Positions 10,343 through 20,623 are shown, counted from the stretch's first letter. The stretch is DNA of 64,000 nucleotides from an uncultured Chloroflexota bacterium (GCA_913051185.1 CAJXBM010000003.1:121-64120), one strand, 5' to 3'. A program made the numbers and translations. The notes: generated from the letters alone by a model not told the origin.

Positions 10343-12499
10343 CTATGTTGATTCTTCCATTCTAATGGAATTAATTATGCCATCGAAGGTGCTTTCGTCT
10401 ATTACTCTTACGTTTTGTTTTATTGCATCTTGTCTCTTTTTTCCTCCCCCTTCTCCCGCGAGCAAAATAGTGGTGTTTTTTGAGACGGAGGTGACCACCT
10501 CTCCGCCCTGCTGCCGAATTAGGTTTTGAATTTCAGGTCTCTTCCAGCGAGTTAGTGTCCCCGTTATTGCAATTTTATGACCTTGAAGGGCATCTCCAAA
10601 TGCTATTTGATTTTCTTCAACATTTACGTTCAGGCTGACTAGTTTGTCCATAAGAATTTGATTGTATGGTTCACGGACCCACTCATAGATGCTAGTCGCG
10701 ACAATTTCACCTATTCCCGTTATGTCGAGGATGTCTTCATAATTAGCTAAACGAAGGTTTGTCAGAGTTCTGTATCGTTCAGCGATTAACTTAGCCGTAG
10801 TTTCACCAAGGTGTCTAATGCCAAGTCCAATCAGAAGGCGGTGAAGTGGCAAGGTTTTACTTTCTGTGAGGCCCACGTTTAATGTTTGAAACCATTTTTC
10901 ACGTATTCCCGGAAACTTATCCAATTGATCAATTCTTTTAAGATGCTGTACAACTCTGTCATCATTTTTTTTCCCGTACTTTCTGGCAACTTGTCTCAGT
11001 CTATCAAGCCTATTTTTGAAATTAAGAATTTGAATCCTTTTATCTTGCATAAGGTAAATGTCTGCCAAAGATTTAATGCAACCATTTCGAACTAGGAGTG
11101 AGGCGCGTTCTTCGCCAAACCCTTCGATATTGAGTGCTTGCCTGGACACGTAGTGCTCAACTTGACGCGCAAGCCGACCTTGGCAATTTACATTGGAACA
11201 ATAGTGAGCGGCTTCAGCATCTTTTTTTGTGACCGGACTCTGGCAGTCAGGGCAGACTAAAGGCATTTCAAATATCGCAGATGTTTCCGTTCTTTGAGAT
11301 AAAATGGGACCTAATATCTGAGGGATAACTTCTCCTGCGCGCTGTACGACAACTTGATCTCCGACCCTTAGATCTAAATCTTGGATGTGGTCTAAGTTAT
11401 GGAGTGTTGCTACGGATATATTTGCTCCGCCGACGAACACTGGTAGAAGTTCAGCGTATGGAGTCAATACACCTGTTCGTCCAACTGAAAGCTTTATATC
11501 TCGTAATTTCGTAGTAGCTTGTTCAGCCGCAAATTTCCATGCCGTCGCCCAGCGTGGTTCGCGACCCACTATGCCCAAACTATTCTGTGATGCGAGGTTA
11601 TTTATTTTTATGACAACTCCGTCGATATCATAATTTAGTGAGTCGCGTTCGGCCTCGAGATTTTTACAGTAATCAACAATTTGATTTGTATCAGAGACAT
11701 TCTTCATCAGAGGGTTCGTGGGGAATCCAAGGGATGCTAGCCACTCGATTGTTTTTTGATGCGAGTCGAATAAGTCATTATTCTCAGTCCAACCTAGTTG
11801 ATATATAAAAACACTCAGATTTCGCCGGGCAGTAATCTTTGGGTCTAAGTTACGAAGTGAGCCAGCAGCGGTGTTGCGCAGATTTACATAGAGAGGTGAG
11901 TTTTGCTCGGCTCGCCGTTTGTTTAGCTCATCGAATTCAAATTTGCTGATATATACTTCACCCCGAACTTCAAAGCGTTCGGGTATTGTCTTAGTGCCTA
12001 TGGGGTCTACGGTCAGAGGTAAACCTCTGATCGTTCGCAAATTATCTGTAATATCTTCGCCTTCTTGCCCGTTTCCACGAGTAGCACCACGAACAAATTT
12101 TCCCTTTTCGTAGACCAGTGAGACGGCTAGACCATCTATTTTGGGCTCAAGTATGAAGTTCGTCTCTAACTCTGGATATTGTTTCACAGCCTTATCAAGC
12201 CACAGTTGCAGTTCATCAGGTGTAAAAACATTTGATAGCGAGAGTAAGGGTTCGGGATGTAATACCGTACTAAACGAAGTGGCTACGTTTTCCGATATTC
12301 GCTGGGTAGGTGAGTCTTGGGTGAGAAATTGTGGAAACTCTTCCTCCAGTTCTCTTAGCCGGTGCATTAAGTTGTCGTACTGTGAATCACCAATCTCTGG
12401 TGAATTAAGTACATAGTATCTGTGGTCATGGTGTTGAATACTGATACGGAGATTATTTATTTCCTGCTCGATTTCAGTTTCGTTGAGCGTCTCATGCAT
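10343..12499 (-). CDS. ligA: NAD-dependent DNA ligase LigA
   Basis: 718-aa ORF with the adenylation motif KIDGLA, a C4 zinc finger (CPDCQSPV...CSNVNC), an HhH region (GLGIRHLGE) and a C-terminal BRCT domain (KIAITGTL...GGEVVTSVSKNTTILLAGE). Confidence 0.95.
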   Translation of the reverse strand: MHETLNETEIEQEINNLRISIQHHDHRYYVLNSPEIGDSQYDNLMHRLRELEEEFPQFLTQDSPTQRISENVATSFSTVLHPEPLLSLSNVFTPDELQLWLDKAVKQYPELETNFILEPKIDGLAVSLVYEKGKFVRGATRGNGQEGEDITDNLRTIRGLPLTVDPIGTKTIPERFEVRGEVYISKFEFDELNKRRAEQNSPLYVNLRNTAAGSLRNLDPKITARRNLSVFIYQLGWTENNDLFDSHQKTIEWLASLGFPTNPLMKNVSDTNQIVDYCKNLEAERDSLNYDIDGVVIKINNLASQNSLGIVGREPRWATAWKFAAEQATTKLRDIKLSVGRTGVLTPYAELLPVFVGGANISVATLHNLDHIQDLDLRVGDQVVVQRAGEVIPQILGPILSQRTETSAIFEMPLVCPDCQSPVTKKDAEAAHYCSNVNCQGRLARQVEHYVSRQALNIEGFGEERASLLVRNGCIKSLADIYLMQDKRIQILNFKNRLDRLRQVARKYGKKNDDRVVQHLKRIDQLDKFPGIREKWFQTLNVGLTESKTLPLHRLLIGLGIRHLGETTAKLIAERYRTLTNLRLANYEDILDITGIGEIVATSIYEWVREPYNQILMDKLVSLNVNVEENQIAFGDALQGHKIAITGTLTRWKRPEIQNLIRQQGGEVVTSVSKNTTILLAGEGGGKKRQDAIKQNVRVIDESTFDGIINSIRMEEST

Positions 12500-12621
12500 A
12501 ACTAATAGGATAAGCTAGAGCGTTCAATCACGTCTGCTAATTTATATTTACAAACTCTCGTGAATATTTAGTTGTAAACTAGGTTCTACGCTAATTATTT
12601 TCTACGAGGCCGATTTAAGAT

Positions 12622-13236
12622 ATGAATGATGTTGTGATAGTTGACTATGGTGCAGGAAATCTGCTTAGCGTCGAGCGCGCTGTGAAATTTGCCGGCGGGA
12701 ATCCAGTTGTAACCTCAGATCCAACAGTAGTTTCTGATGCCCCTGGCTTAGTCATGCCGGGTGTTGGAGCTGCCGCAGACACTATGAGGAATTTACGTGA
12801 ACGTGGTTTAGATCAAGTTATTGCTGAGTTTATAGAATCTGAGCGCCCATTTCTTGGAGTATGTATGGGAATGCAGGCACTATTCGAAATATCTCGTGAG
12901 GGTGGAGAACATGAATGCCTAGGCGTGCTTGGTGGAGAGATAGTGCGTTTTCCGGAAGAGGCGGTTGTGCCTCATATGGGCTGGAATGTAGTTAATCAGG
13001 TGTCAGAACATCCCATTATGGCTGGGATCGAGGCCGGTTTTCACTTTTATTTTGTTCACTCTTATTTTGCGAGACCAACCGAATCCGCTTGTGTTATTGC
13101 AGAGGCAACTTATGCTGGAGTCAAATTTCCTGCTGTTGTGGGGACTCGTAATTTAATGGCTACGCAATTTCATCCTGAAAAAAGCGGACCTGCAGGCCTC
13201 CGTCTTTATAAAAATTTCATTGAGTTATTAAGCTAG
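12622..13236 (+). CDS. hisH: Imidazole glycerol phosphate synthase, glutamine amidotransferase subunit HisH
   Basis: 204 aa. Class I amidotransferase with nucleophile motif GVCMGMQ and HPEKS. It is the first gene of a hisH-A-F-I run. Confidence 0.9.
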   Translation: MNDVVIVDYGAGNLLSVERAVKFAGGNPVVTSDPTVVSDAPGLVMPGVGAAADTMRNLRERGLDQVIAEFIESERPFLGVCMGMQALFEISREGGEHECLGVLGGEIVRFPEEAVVPHMGWNVVNQVSEHPIMAGIEAGFHFYFVHSYFARPTESACVIAEATYAGVKFPAVVGTRNLMATQFHPEKSGPAGLRLYKNFIELLS

Positions 13237-13286
13237 ATGCAGAGCGTACTGATTTCTATATTTATTGCACGACAAGGAGTAAAACT

Positions 13287-14000
13287 ATGGATGTAATGCC
13301 CGCAGTTGATATACGGGATGGTAATGCCGTACGTCTTGTACGAGGCGATTACGACAAAGAAACTGTCTTTGGGTCTCCAAAGGATTTTGCTGAAGAATGG
13401 GTTAGACAAGGTTCAAGTCATTTGCATTTAGTTGACCTTGACGGTGCCAAAGCCGGGTACCCAGTCAATCTAGACTTGGTTCAGGAAATTATTAATCATT
13501 GTGGAGTAGAGATTCAGCTCGGTGGTGGTTTGCGATCGCTAGAGTCAATTCAAGCGGTGATTGCTCTAGGAGTTAATCGATTTATAGTTGGTACATCTGC
13601 GATTTCTGATTCAGAGCTATTAGAACAGCTTGCGGAGGAGTATGCAGCAGAACTCATTGTTTCAGTCGATATACGTGGAGATTTTGTAGCCGTCTCAGGA
13701 TGGTTGGAGGATAGTTCAATTCGAGCCACAGATTTCTTTGTAGAGTTGGAGAAGGTTGGTGTGAAAAGAATTATCTATACCGACATTGAAAGAGATGGGG
13801 TTGCAATGGGCCCAAATCTTGAGATGTGTGAGTATATTACTGGTCAAACGAATCTTTCGCTTATTGTCGCAGGCGGAGTTTCCAGCATCTCTGATATCGC
13901 AGAATTAAAATCGATTGGAGCTGAGGGCGTCATCATTGGTAGAGCCTTGTACACCGGTGACGTTAATTTATCCGATGCGCTCGAAGTGGCTGAGGGATAA
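13287..14000 (+). CDS. hisA: ProFAR isomerase HisA
   Basis: 237 aa. HisA/HisF (beta/alpha)8 family with N-terminus MPAVDIRDGNAVRLVRGDY. It sits between hisH and hisF. Confidence 0.9.
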   Translation: MDVMPAVDIRDGNAVRLVRGDYDKETVFGSPKDFAEEWVRQGSSHLHLVDLDGAKAGYPVNLDLVQEIINHCGVEIQLGGGLRSLESIQAVIALGVNRFIVGTSAISDSELLEQLAEEYAAELIVSVDIRGDFVAVSGWLEDSSIRATDFFVELEKVGVKRIIYTDIERDGVAMGPNLEMCEYITGQTNLSLIVAGGVSSISDIAELKSIGAEGVIIGRALYTGDVNLSDALEVAEG

Positions 14001-14008
14001 TAATTTAG

Positions 14009-14791
14009 ATGTTGACTAGGCGAATTATTCCGTGTTTCGATGTCGATAATGGAAGAGTTGTTAAAGGAGTGTCCTTTGTAAACCTCCGTGACGCAGGAGA
14101 TCCGGTCGAACTTGCATCACAATATGAGCGAGATGGAGCCGACGAGCTAGTCTTCCTTGATATAACTGCCTCTTCAGACGACAGGACAAGTACTTTTGAA
14201 CTGATACAAAGAACTGCGGAACAAATATTTATTCCCCTGACTGTGGGTGGGGGAGTTCGATCTCCAGAGGATGTGAGAAGAATGCTGGAGTCGGGCGCGG
14301 ATAAAGTTTCTCTAAACACAGCAGCTGTCGAGAATCCTGACCTGATTGAGAAATCAGCAAAGGGATTTGGATCACAGTGTACGGTAGTAGCCCTAGACGC
14401 AAAATCAACTGGAGATAATCGATGGGAAATTTTTACACACGGTGGTCGTACTAGGACGGAGAAAGATGTGATTGAATGGGCCATCGAAGTTACTGAGCGA
14501 GGTGCGGGGGAGCTTTTAGTGACATCAATGGATAGTGACGGGCACAAGGAGGGGTACGATATTCCTTTACTCAGAGCTATCAGAGATAAGGTGCGCGTTC
14601 CAATAATTGCGTCGGGTGGTGCAGGCGGACCGGAGCATTTTTTACAGGCATTAACTGCGGGAGAAGCAGACGCCGTGCTTGCTGCATCAATTTTTCATTT
14701 TGGAGAGCATTCGATTAAATCAGTGAAAGAATATCTGAGTGCTCATGGAATAGCTATACGGCCTGTGATTAGCGCCGATCAGAAACTTTAG
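14009..14791 (+). CDS. hisF: Imidazole glycerol phosphate synthase cyclase subunit HisF
   Basis: 260 aa. Carries [27 protein letters not shown] and further HisF-typical motifs. Confidence 0.92.
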   Translation: MLTRRIIPCFDVDNGRVVKGVSFVNLRDAGDPVELASQYERDGADELVFLDITASSDDRTSTFELIQRTAEQIFIPLTVGGGVRSPEDVRRMLESGADKVSLNTAAVENPDLIEKSAKGFGSQCTVVALDAKSTGDNRWEIFTHGGRTRTEKDVIEWAIEVTERGAGELLVTSMDSDGHKEGYDIPLLRAIRDKVRVPIIASGGAGGPEHFLQALTAGEADAVLAASIFHFGEHSIKSVKEYLSAHGIAIRPVISADQKL

Positions 14792-14792
14792 A

Positions 14793-15170
14793 ATGTGTGA
14801 GAAGGAGATTAATATGACTAGCTTCGATCCCAGTGAATTAACATACGACGAGAGAGGCCTGATCCCCGCTATTTTGCAACTTGAAGATAATGGGACAGTC
14901 ATCATGCTCGGGTATATGAACCAAGCAACGATGAAAAAAACCATTGAGATTGGACAGGCCGTCTTTTGGTCAAGGTCTCGACAAGAAGTTTGGCACAAAG
15001 GTGCAACATCAGGTGATTTCGTTAACGTCCATTCGATCACAACCGACTGTGATCGTGATGTAGTTATTTTGAAGGTTTCACTCGTTGAGAATGGAATTTG
15101 TCATACCGGCGCATCTTCATGCTTCATTACTGAATCCGGCCAAGATCAGATCGTTGAATTAAAGGCTTAA
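14793..15170 (+). CDS. hisI: Phosphoribosyl-AMP cyclohydrolase HisI (no HisE half)
   Basis: 125 aa. Starts 1 nt after the hisF stop. Motifs SRSRQEVWHKGATSGDF, DCDRDVVILKV and CHTGASSCF. Confidence 0.88.
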   Translation: MCEKEINMTSFDPSELTYDERGLIPAILQLEDNGTVIMLGYMNQATMKKTIEIGQAVFWSRSRQEVWHKGATSGDFVNVHSITTDCDRDVVILKVSLVENGICHTGASSCFITESGQDQIVELKA

Positions 15171-15474
15171 TTAAGAGTTTTGCCTAGTGGTATTTTGAAC
15201 TATTCGCACCAGTCCCATTTATCAGTCATTACAAGGCTTTGTTAGCGACGTAGGATGACAGGTCCTAACCCTAAACTTCCTTGGATTTCGAACAAATCAG
15301 AGCGCTCGCCAACTCAAGTCCAGAAAATGATGCAACCTAAGTGGGGCTTGAAAACCCGAGAACTTATTAGATAGTCCGATTTTCAGATTTAGCAAGTTCT
15401 GGAATCTTCATGGTACTCCTGTGCCAAGCTCCATCAACCCGCTACACTGCCGATGTACCGAGAGGAGAGATGTT

Positions 15475-16377
15475 ATGGCAGATGCCAATTTTGAAAATTT
15501 AATTTATGAGGTCCGTGATGGCAAGGCTTATGTCACTCTTAATCGCCCTGAAAAGCTAAATGCGCTGTCTAGGGAACTTCAACAGGATATTCACGATGCA
15601 ATGTGGGCCGCTGATAACGACAAGAGAGTTCACTGTGTAGTTCTCAGTGGAAACGGGCGTGCGTTCTGTGCTGGATATGACCTCACTGCTCCGAAAATCG
15701 ACCCAGGCGAGTTTGGACGTCCCAGCGGTTCCGGTGGTGGAATAGATGACGATACTTGGGGTATGGAGCTGCAACAGAGACTCCGGATGGCTATTTTTGA
15801 CATGCACAAACCGGTAATAGGTAAAGTACATGGTTACTGCATAGCTGGCGGAACTGATCTCGTGTTGCTGGCTGATATTATCGTTGCCGCCGATGATGCA
15901 ATAATTGGATTCCCGCCAGTACGGGCAATGGGAGTACCTCCAGCTCATATGTGGCTTTATCATGTCGGACCTCAGTGGGCTAAGAGACTACTGCTGACAG
16001 GCGATAGCATTTCAGGTGCAGATGCAGCTGAAATAGGGCTAGTGCTTCAAGCAGTTCCATATGATCAGTTGGATGAAGCGGTCGAGTATTTAGCAGATCG
16101 AATGGCGATGATTGACGCAGATCTGCTGTCAGCCTCGAAGCGAACTGTTAATCTGGGCCTCGAGCTAATGGGGGCACGAACTATGCAAAGGCTTTCAAGT
16201 GAAATGGATGCTCGTGCACACCTTGCTACTGCAGTTAGCGATTATGGTGAAATTGCAAGAGGGCAGGGATTGAAGGCCGCGTTAGAATGGCGCGATACTA
16301 AGTTTGGAGACGGACGGGCGACTCCGGCTTATCAGAATCGTAGAGCGACCCAGGAAGAAAGAAATACGAGCGCTTAA
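15475..16377 (+). CDS. Enoyl-CoA hydratase/isomerase (crotonase) family protein
   Basis: Crotonase oxyanion-hole motif GNGRAFCAGYDL. I prefer ATG 15475 (MADANFENL...), which has GAGAGGAGAG 5-14 nt upstream, over the GTG at 15421 used by the ORF track. Confidence 0.8.
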   Translation: MADANFENLIYEVRDGKAYVTLNRPEKLNALSRELQQDIHDAMWAADNDKRVHCVVLSGNGRAFCAGYDLTAPKIDPGEFGRPSGSGGGIDDDTWGMELQQRLRMAIFDMHKPVIGKVHGYCIAGGTDLVLLADIIVAADDAIIGFPPVRAMGVPPAHMWLYHVGPQWAKRLLLTGDSISGADAAEIGLVLQAVPYDQLDEAVEYLADRMAMIDADLLSASKRTVNLGLELMGARTMQRLSSEMDARAHLATAVSDYGEIARGQGLKAALEWRDTKFGDGRATPAYQNRRATQEERNTSA

Positions 16378-16406
16378 GAGCTCGTGCGAAATGAAGGGAT
16401 ATTAGA

Positions 16407-17741
16407 ATGGCAACAGAATTCGCTGACGGCGTTAAGGATTATATTGATAGATCTCTTCAGCACCTTTGGATTCACACGATTCAGCAGGATGAATTAAACC
16501 AGGATGATGCTTTACTCGTGATTAAATCGGGTGAGGGAATATATCTGACGGATTCCAAAGATCGACAGTATATTGATTTAATGTCTGGCTTGTGGGTGGT
16601 TGCTGTGGGACATGGGCGCCAAAGACTGGCAGACGTGGCATCTGAGCAGATGTCAAAGATGTCTTTTGCCAACCCATTTTCATACGCGACAGAGCCTGCA
16701 ATTGATTTGGCTACTCGACTAGCAGAAATTACGCCGGAGGGTATTGAGCGTGCTTTTTTCGTTAATTCCGGCTCGGAGGCAGTTGAAGCGGCTCTACGAA
16801 TGGCTAAGCAGTGGCATCACAATCGGGGTGATAGTAAAAAGTATAAAGTGCTTTCTCGTGTTGGTTCCTATCATGGAACAACATATGCAGCTATGTCAGT
16901 CAATCATTCCTCATATATGAATAAAGCTCCCTTTGAACCAATGATGCCTGGTGCAATCAAAGTGCCCAGTGTTCTAGATGCGAGTTTTATTGAACAAGTT
17001 ATTAAGGATGAGAAACCTGAAACAATAGCGGCATTCATCGCTGAACCTATCTCAACAGCTAATGGATCTCATGTGCCAGATCCGTCTTATTGGCAACGTT
17101 TGCGAGAATTGTGCGATGAGCACAATATTGTCTTAATTGCAGATGAGGTTATTAACGGATTTGGTCGCACGGGTAAATGGTTTGCGATGGAGCATTTTGG
17201 GGTTAGTCCAGACATTATGACTGTCGCAAAACAATTGTCTTCCGGTTACGCTCCAATTGCCGCTGCATTGGCAAGCGAGAAGATTTCTGACGGCTTTAGA
17301 GGAGACGCCTCGAAGGCATTAGTGGGTGGAAGTACGTGGGGAGCTCATCCTGTTTCTTGTGCTGTTGCATTGGCAAATCTAAATATTATTGCGGACGAGG
17401 GTTTGGTGGAAAATTCTGAACGCACCGGCGCATACATTGCCTCGCAACTGGAAGAATTACAGAAACGGCACTCCAAAATCGTCTCGGATACACGTGGAAT
17501 TGGACTCATGCAAATTGTGGACCTAAAGCGCAACGTGGAGGCCGGAGAAGAATTTAGGACCGATGACGAAGTCGGTAAAGTTGTTAGTCAAGCAATGCGG
17601 GACAATGGACTCCTGTCTAGGGGTGGTGCAAGCATACAGATTGCCCCTCCGTTAATTACTAATCGTGAGGAAGCTGACGAAATAGTTGATTCTTTGGATC
17701 AGGTACTCGACACCGTTGAATCAACATACGGGATTGGCTAG
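16407..17741 (+). CDS. Class III (omega-type) PLP-dependent aminotransferase
   Basis: 444 aa. Motifs NSGSEAVEAALRMAK, ADEVINGFGRTGKWFA and the PLP-lysine context MTVAKQLSSGY. Confidence 0.85.
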   Translation: MATEFADGVKDYIDRSLQHLWIHTIQQDELNQDDALLVIKSGEGIYLTDSKDRQYIDLMSGLWVVAVGHGRQRLADVASEQMSKMSFANPFSYATEPAIDLATRLAEITPEGIERAFFVNSGSEAVEAALRMAKQWHHNRGDSKKYKVLSRVGSYHGTTYAAMSVNHSSYMNKAPFEPMMPGAIKVPSVLDASFIEQVIKDEKPETIAAFIAEPISTANGSHVPDPSYWQRLRELCDEHNIVLIADEVINGFGRTGKWFAMEHFGVSPDIMTVAKQLSSGYAPIAAALASEKISDGFRGDASKALVGGSTWGAHPVSCAVALANLNIIADEGLVENSERTGAYIASQLEELQKRHSKIVSDTRGIGLMQIVDLKRNVEAGEEFRTDDEVGKVVSQAMRDNGLLSRGGASIQIAPPLITNREEADEIVDSLDQVLDTVESTYGIG

Positions 17742-17783
17742 CAACTTGCTGTTAGGGCTCATTAGAGTGCGTGGAGATAATAA

Positions 17784-18752
17784 ATGAATATATTAGTCAT
17801 TTTAGGCCTCACAATGCCTTCAATTTCAGATAGCGAGGTTGAAAACATTAGGATTGCTGCTGGTCCTAACGGTATCGTTACGGTAGCGTCCAGCATCGGG
17901 GAGGCAATGGAGTTAGCTCAAGAATCTGAAGTTATTCTAGGCCATGTACCTTTGCCATTGATGCAGCAGGCTCCAAAATTAAAGTGGGTGCACTCAGCTT
18001 CTTCTGGCGTTGATATATATGCTTATCCGGAATTTCGAGACAGTGAGATAGTTTTGACGGGAGAGAAAGGTCTGGTGGGGGGGCATTTAGCTGATCACGG
18101 GTTTGCATTGCTATTGGCTATGACTCGAAACCTGCAGCGTGCCATTAAATTTGGTCCTGAGGGTTGGAATAATCGACCTCAGTTGAGAGCTGAAGAGATT
18201 GAACTTGATGGATTGACTCTCGGAATCTTGGGATTTGGTGGAACTGGTCAGGCGATGGCAAAACGCGGCAGTGCTTTTGGGATGAATTGTTTGGCCGTTG
18301 ACAATAATCAGATCGACGGGAATCACGATGTAGCGGAAGTATGGGGCCTTGACTCTATTCCTGAACTTCTCAGTCTTTCTGATGTGGTTGCTATCTGCTT
18401 ACCGCTCACGTCTGAGACACAGGGTTTCTTCAATGATGAGGTGTTTCAACAAATGCGAAAGGGTTCTTTCCTGATTAATGTCACCCGCGGGGAGATCGTG
18501 GACGATCAGGCATTACAACGGGCTCTCGACTCGGGACATGTTCGGGGTGCTGGTTTGGATGTGCATACAGTAGAACCGATGCCAACGGATCATCCTTTTT
18601 GGAATTATGAGAATGTCGTTATGACTCCGCATACAGCTGGGGCTTCGCAATTAAGATCTGGTCGTAATATCAATCGATTTATTGAGAATATTGGCCGATG
18701 GCAGGCGGGTGAACCGCTCTTGGGCGTGTATGACAAGCAAGCTGGATATTGA
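17784..18752 (+). CDS. D-isomer-specific 2-hydroxyacid dehydrogenase family protein
   Basis: 322 aa. NAD-binding GILGFGGTGQAMAKR and an R/E/H catalytic triad context (NVTRGEIVD, LDVHTVEP, TPHTAG). Confidence 0.85.
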   Translation: MNILVILGLTMPSISDSEVENIRIAAGPNGIVTVASSIGEAMELAQESEVILGHVPLPLMQQAPKLKWVHSASSGVDIYAYPEFRDSEIVLTGEKGLVGGHLADHGFALLLAMTRNLQRAIKFGPEGWNNRPQLRAEEIELDGLTLGILGFGGTGQAMAKRGSAFGMNCLAVDNNQIDGNHDVAEVWGLDSIPELLSLSDVVAICLPLTSETQGFFNDEVFQQMRKGSFLINVTRGEIVDDQALQRALDSGHVRGAGLDVHTVEPMPTDHPFWNYENVVMTPHTAGASQLRSGRNINRFIENIGRWQAGEPLLGVYDKQAGY

Positions 18753-18796
18753 TTGTTCTTGACTTACTTGAGTTAGTCAATGGTTTGGACTTTAAT

Positions 18797-20365
18797 TCAA
18801 GCTCGCATTCCGCGCCCTTTAGGGCCGAGAGTACTAGTGCTGAGTACTCGGTATGCATCGTGAATCCATTCGACTAGTAGTGGTCTTGTATCACGCGGAT
18901 CAACGATATCTTCAATATTGAAGGATTCAGCGGTTCGAAATGGAGATCTCAGGAGATTAAGTCTATCTTCAATTTCCTGTCTGTGGCTTTCAGGATCGTC
19001 CGCGGCCTCGATGTCGCGTCGATAGGCAGCCATTACACCACCCTCAATTGGAAGGGAACCCCAATCTCCGGATGGCCAAGATATTCTGTAGGGCCATCTC
19101 GAATTTGAATGATTTTGATGGGCAGCTCCTGCTACACCGTATGCTCTGCGTACGACTACGGTCGCCCAAGGCACACTGCATTGATAGATAGCTTGTAGTG
19201 CTCGAACACCTGCTTTGATCACACCAGCCTTTTCAGCCTCTACACCAATCATGAAGCCCGGCTGATCTACAAGATTTATTATTGGAAGATTGAATGTATC
19301 AGCGAGGTCTATAAATTTAAGCATTTTTTCTGAACCTGGAGTATCTAGAGAGCCACCGACAGCCATCGGGTCGTTGGCAATAATCGCTACGGGAAATCCA
19401 TCAATTCGGCCGAGACAAGTAACGACTGATCGACCGAAGAATTTACCTATTTCAAAGAAGGAATCATGATCGATAACATGTGTGATTAACTTTCGAATAA
19501 TATGTGGCTGCCGTCGTTCACGAGGAATAATTGACAATAATTCCTCATCACGTCTGATGGGAGAATCGTCAGTGGTTTCGTGAGGTGGAATTTCCCAGCT
19601 GCTCGAAGGGAGGTAGGATAAAAATCTCTTCATTTGTTCGAACGCGTCTAGTTCATCCACCGCCTCGTTGTCACATACTCCGGAACCGTGAGCATGGATT
19701 TCGGCACCGCCTAAGTCCTCTTTGTCCACCCACATACCAAGCCCGCGCTCAACTACAGGTGGTCCCGCAGTGAATACTTGTCCGGTACCCTTAACAATCA
19801 CTGAAAAGTGCGATACTGCGACTCGGGCGGCACCTATTCCCGCAACCGAACCCATCGCGGCTGCAACTACGGGGACTTGTTCCATAGCGTCATTGGCAGT
19901 TTCCCAAAAACCTGGTCCGCCAGGAAGATACGTACGTCCAATATCTTCGATCGTTTTAACTGATCCACCACCACCAGTTCCGTCCACAAGTCGAACTATC
20001 GGGATTCTCAGTTCAAGTGCCATGCGCTCTTGATGAGTTTTTTTATCACCAACCGCACCATCGGCCGCTCCGCCGCGCACAGTAAAGTCGTCGCCACCGA
20101 TACTCACGCGCCGGCCATCGATTTTTGCTAGCCCCATCACATAGTTGGACGGGCGAAAGTCGATGAGCTCGTTCTCTTCGTAGGTTGCCTTTCCAGCTAG
20201 GACTCCTCGTTCTTGAAAAGAATTTTCGTCAGCTATGGTCGCTATCCTGTCACGAACGGTAAGTTTCCCGTTATCAATATGTTTCTGAACGCGCTCCTCA
20301 CCTCCGAGGTTGTAGGCAAGCTCTTTTCGCTCGTTTAACTCATCAATTTCAGGCTGCCAAACCAT
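18797..20365 (-). CDS. Biotin-dependent carboxyltransferase subunit (acyl-CoA carboxylase beta / decarboxylase alpha family)
   Basis: 522 aa. Two carboxyltransferase halves (RVSIGGDDFTVRGGAADG...; PVAIIANDPMAVGGSLD...). Paralog of the 38785-40347 gene. Confidence 0.85.
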   Translation of the reverse strand: MVWQPEIDELNERKELAYNLGGEERVQKHIDNGKLTVRDRIATIADENSFQERGVLAGKATYEENELIDFRPSNYVMGLAKIDGRRVSIGGDDFTVRGGAADGAVGDKKTHQERMALELRIPIVRLVDGTGGGGSVKTIEDIGRTYLPGGPGFWETANDAMEQVPVVAAAMGSVAGIGAARVAVSHFSVIVKGTGQVFTAGPPVVERGLGMWVDKEDLGGAEIHAHGSGVCDNEAVDELDAFEQMKRFLSYLPSSSWEIPPHETTDDSPIRRDEELLSIIPRERRQPHIIRKLITHVIDHDSFFEIGKFFGRSVVTCLGRIDGFPVAIIANDPMAVGGSLDTPGSEKMLKFIDLADTFNLPIINLVDQPGFMIGVEAEKAGVIKAGVRALQAIYQCSVPWATVVVRRAYGVAGAAHQNHSNSRWPYRISWPSGDWGSLPIEGGVMAAYRRDIEAADDPESHRQEIEDRLNLLRSPFRTAESFNIEDIVDPRDTRPLLVEWIHDAYRVLSTSTLGPKGRGMRA

Positions 20366-20410
20366 GGTAGGAACTCCTTCTACTAGTGATTCTTTTGTCG
20401 TCGAGACGAC

Positions 20411-20623
20411 TCAATCTAACTTTGCAAGAGTAGTACCCTCGTCAACATATTGACCTTGCTCGACAGCTATTTCAGATACGGTGCCATCGGCGGGAGATAA
20501 GATAGGCGTGAGCATCTTCATGGACTCTAGGATGATTATTTCTTGATCCGCGGTAACCGTATCTCCCACGTTAACTTTGATTTCTGAAACTACTCCTGGC
20601 CATTCGGCTTTAATGTCAGTCAT
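20411..20623 (-). CDS. Small biotinyl-carrier domain protein (BCCP-like)
   Basis: Biotinyl-lysine motif ILESMKMLTPI within a roughly 70-aa lipoyl/biotinyl fold. I place the start at ATG 20623 (MTDIKAE...), which has GGAGGG 7 nt upstream. The ORF-track GTG at 20638 overlaps that Shine-Dalgarno sequence. Confidence 0.8.
   Translation of the reverse strand: MTDIKAEWPGVVSEIKVNVGDTVTADQEIIILESMKMLTPILSPADGTVSEIAVEQGQYVDEGTTLAKLD

Noticed and set aside
14005-14547. 180-aa ORF on the - strand antisense to hisF.
   Set aside because: It is Ser/Pro/Thr-rich and motif-free. hisF on the + strand is strongly supported and sits in an operon with hisH, hisA and hisI.
15284-15311. tRNA-like T-arm (GGATTTCGAACAAATC) followed by ...CGCCA in the hisI-crotonase gap.
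   Set aside because: When anchored on the CCA, the T-stem, T-loop and acceptor positions do not pair. No D-arm or anticodon arm could be built, so it is only a 5-bp hairpin.
18753-18796. TTGACT...AGTCAA 6-bp inverted repeat between the convergent dehydrogenase and carboxyltransferase genes, considered as a bidirectional terminator.
   Set aside because: The stem is short and AT-rich, the loop is 10 nt and there are no flanking T/A tracts, so the evidence is too weak.
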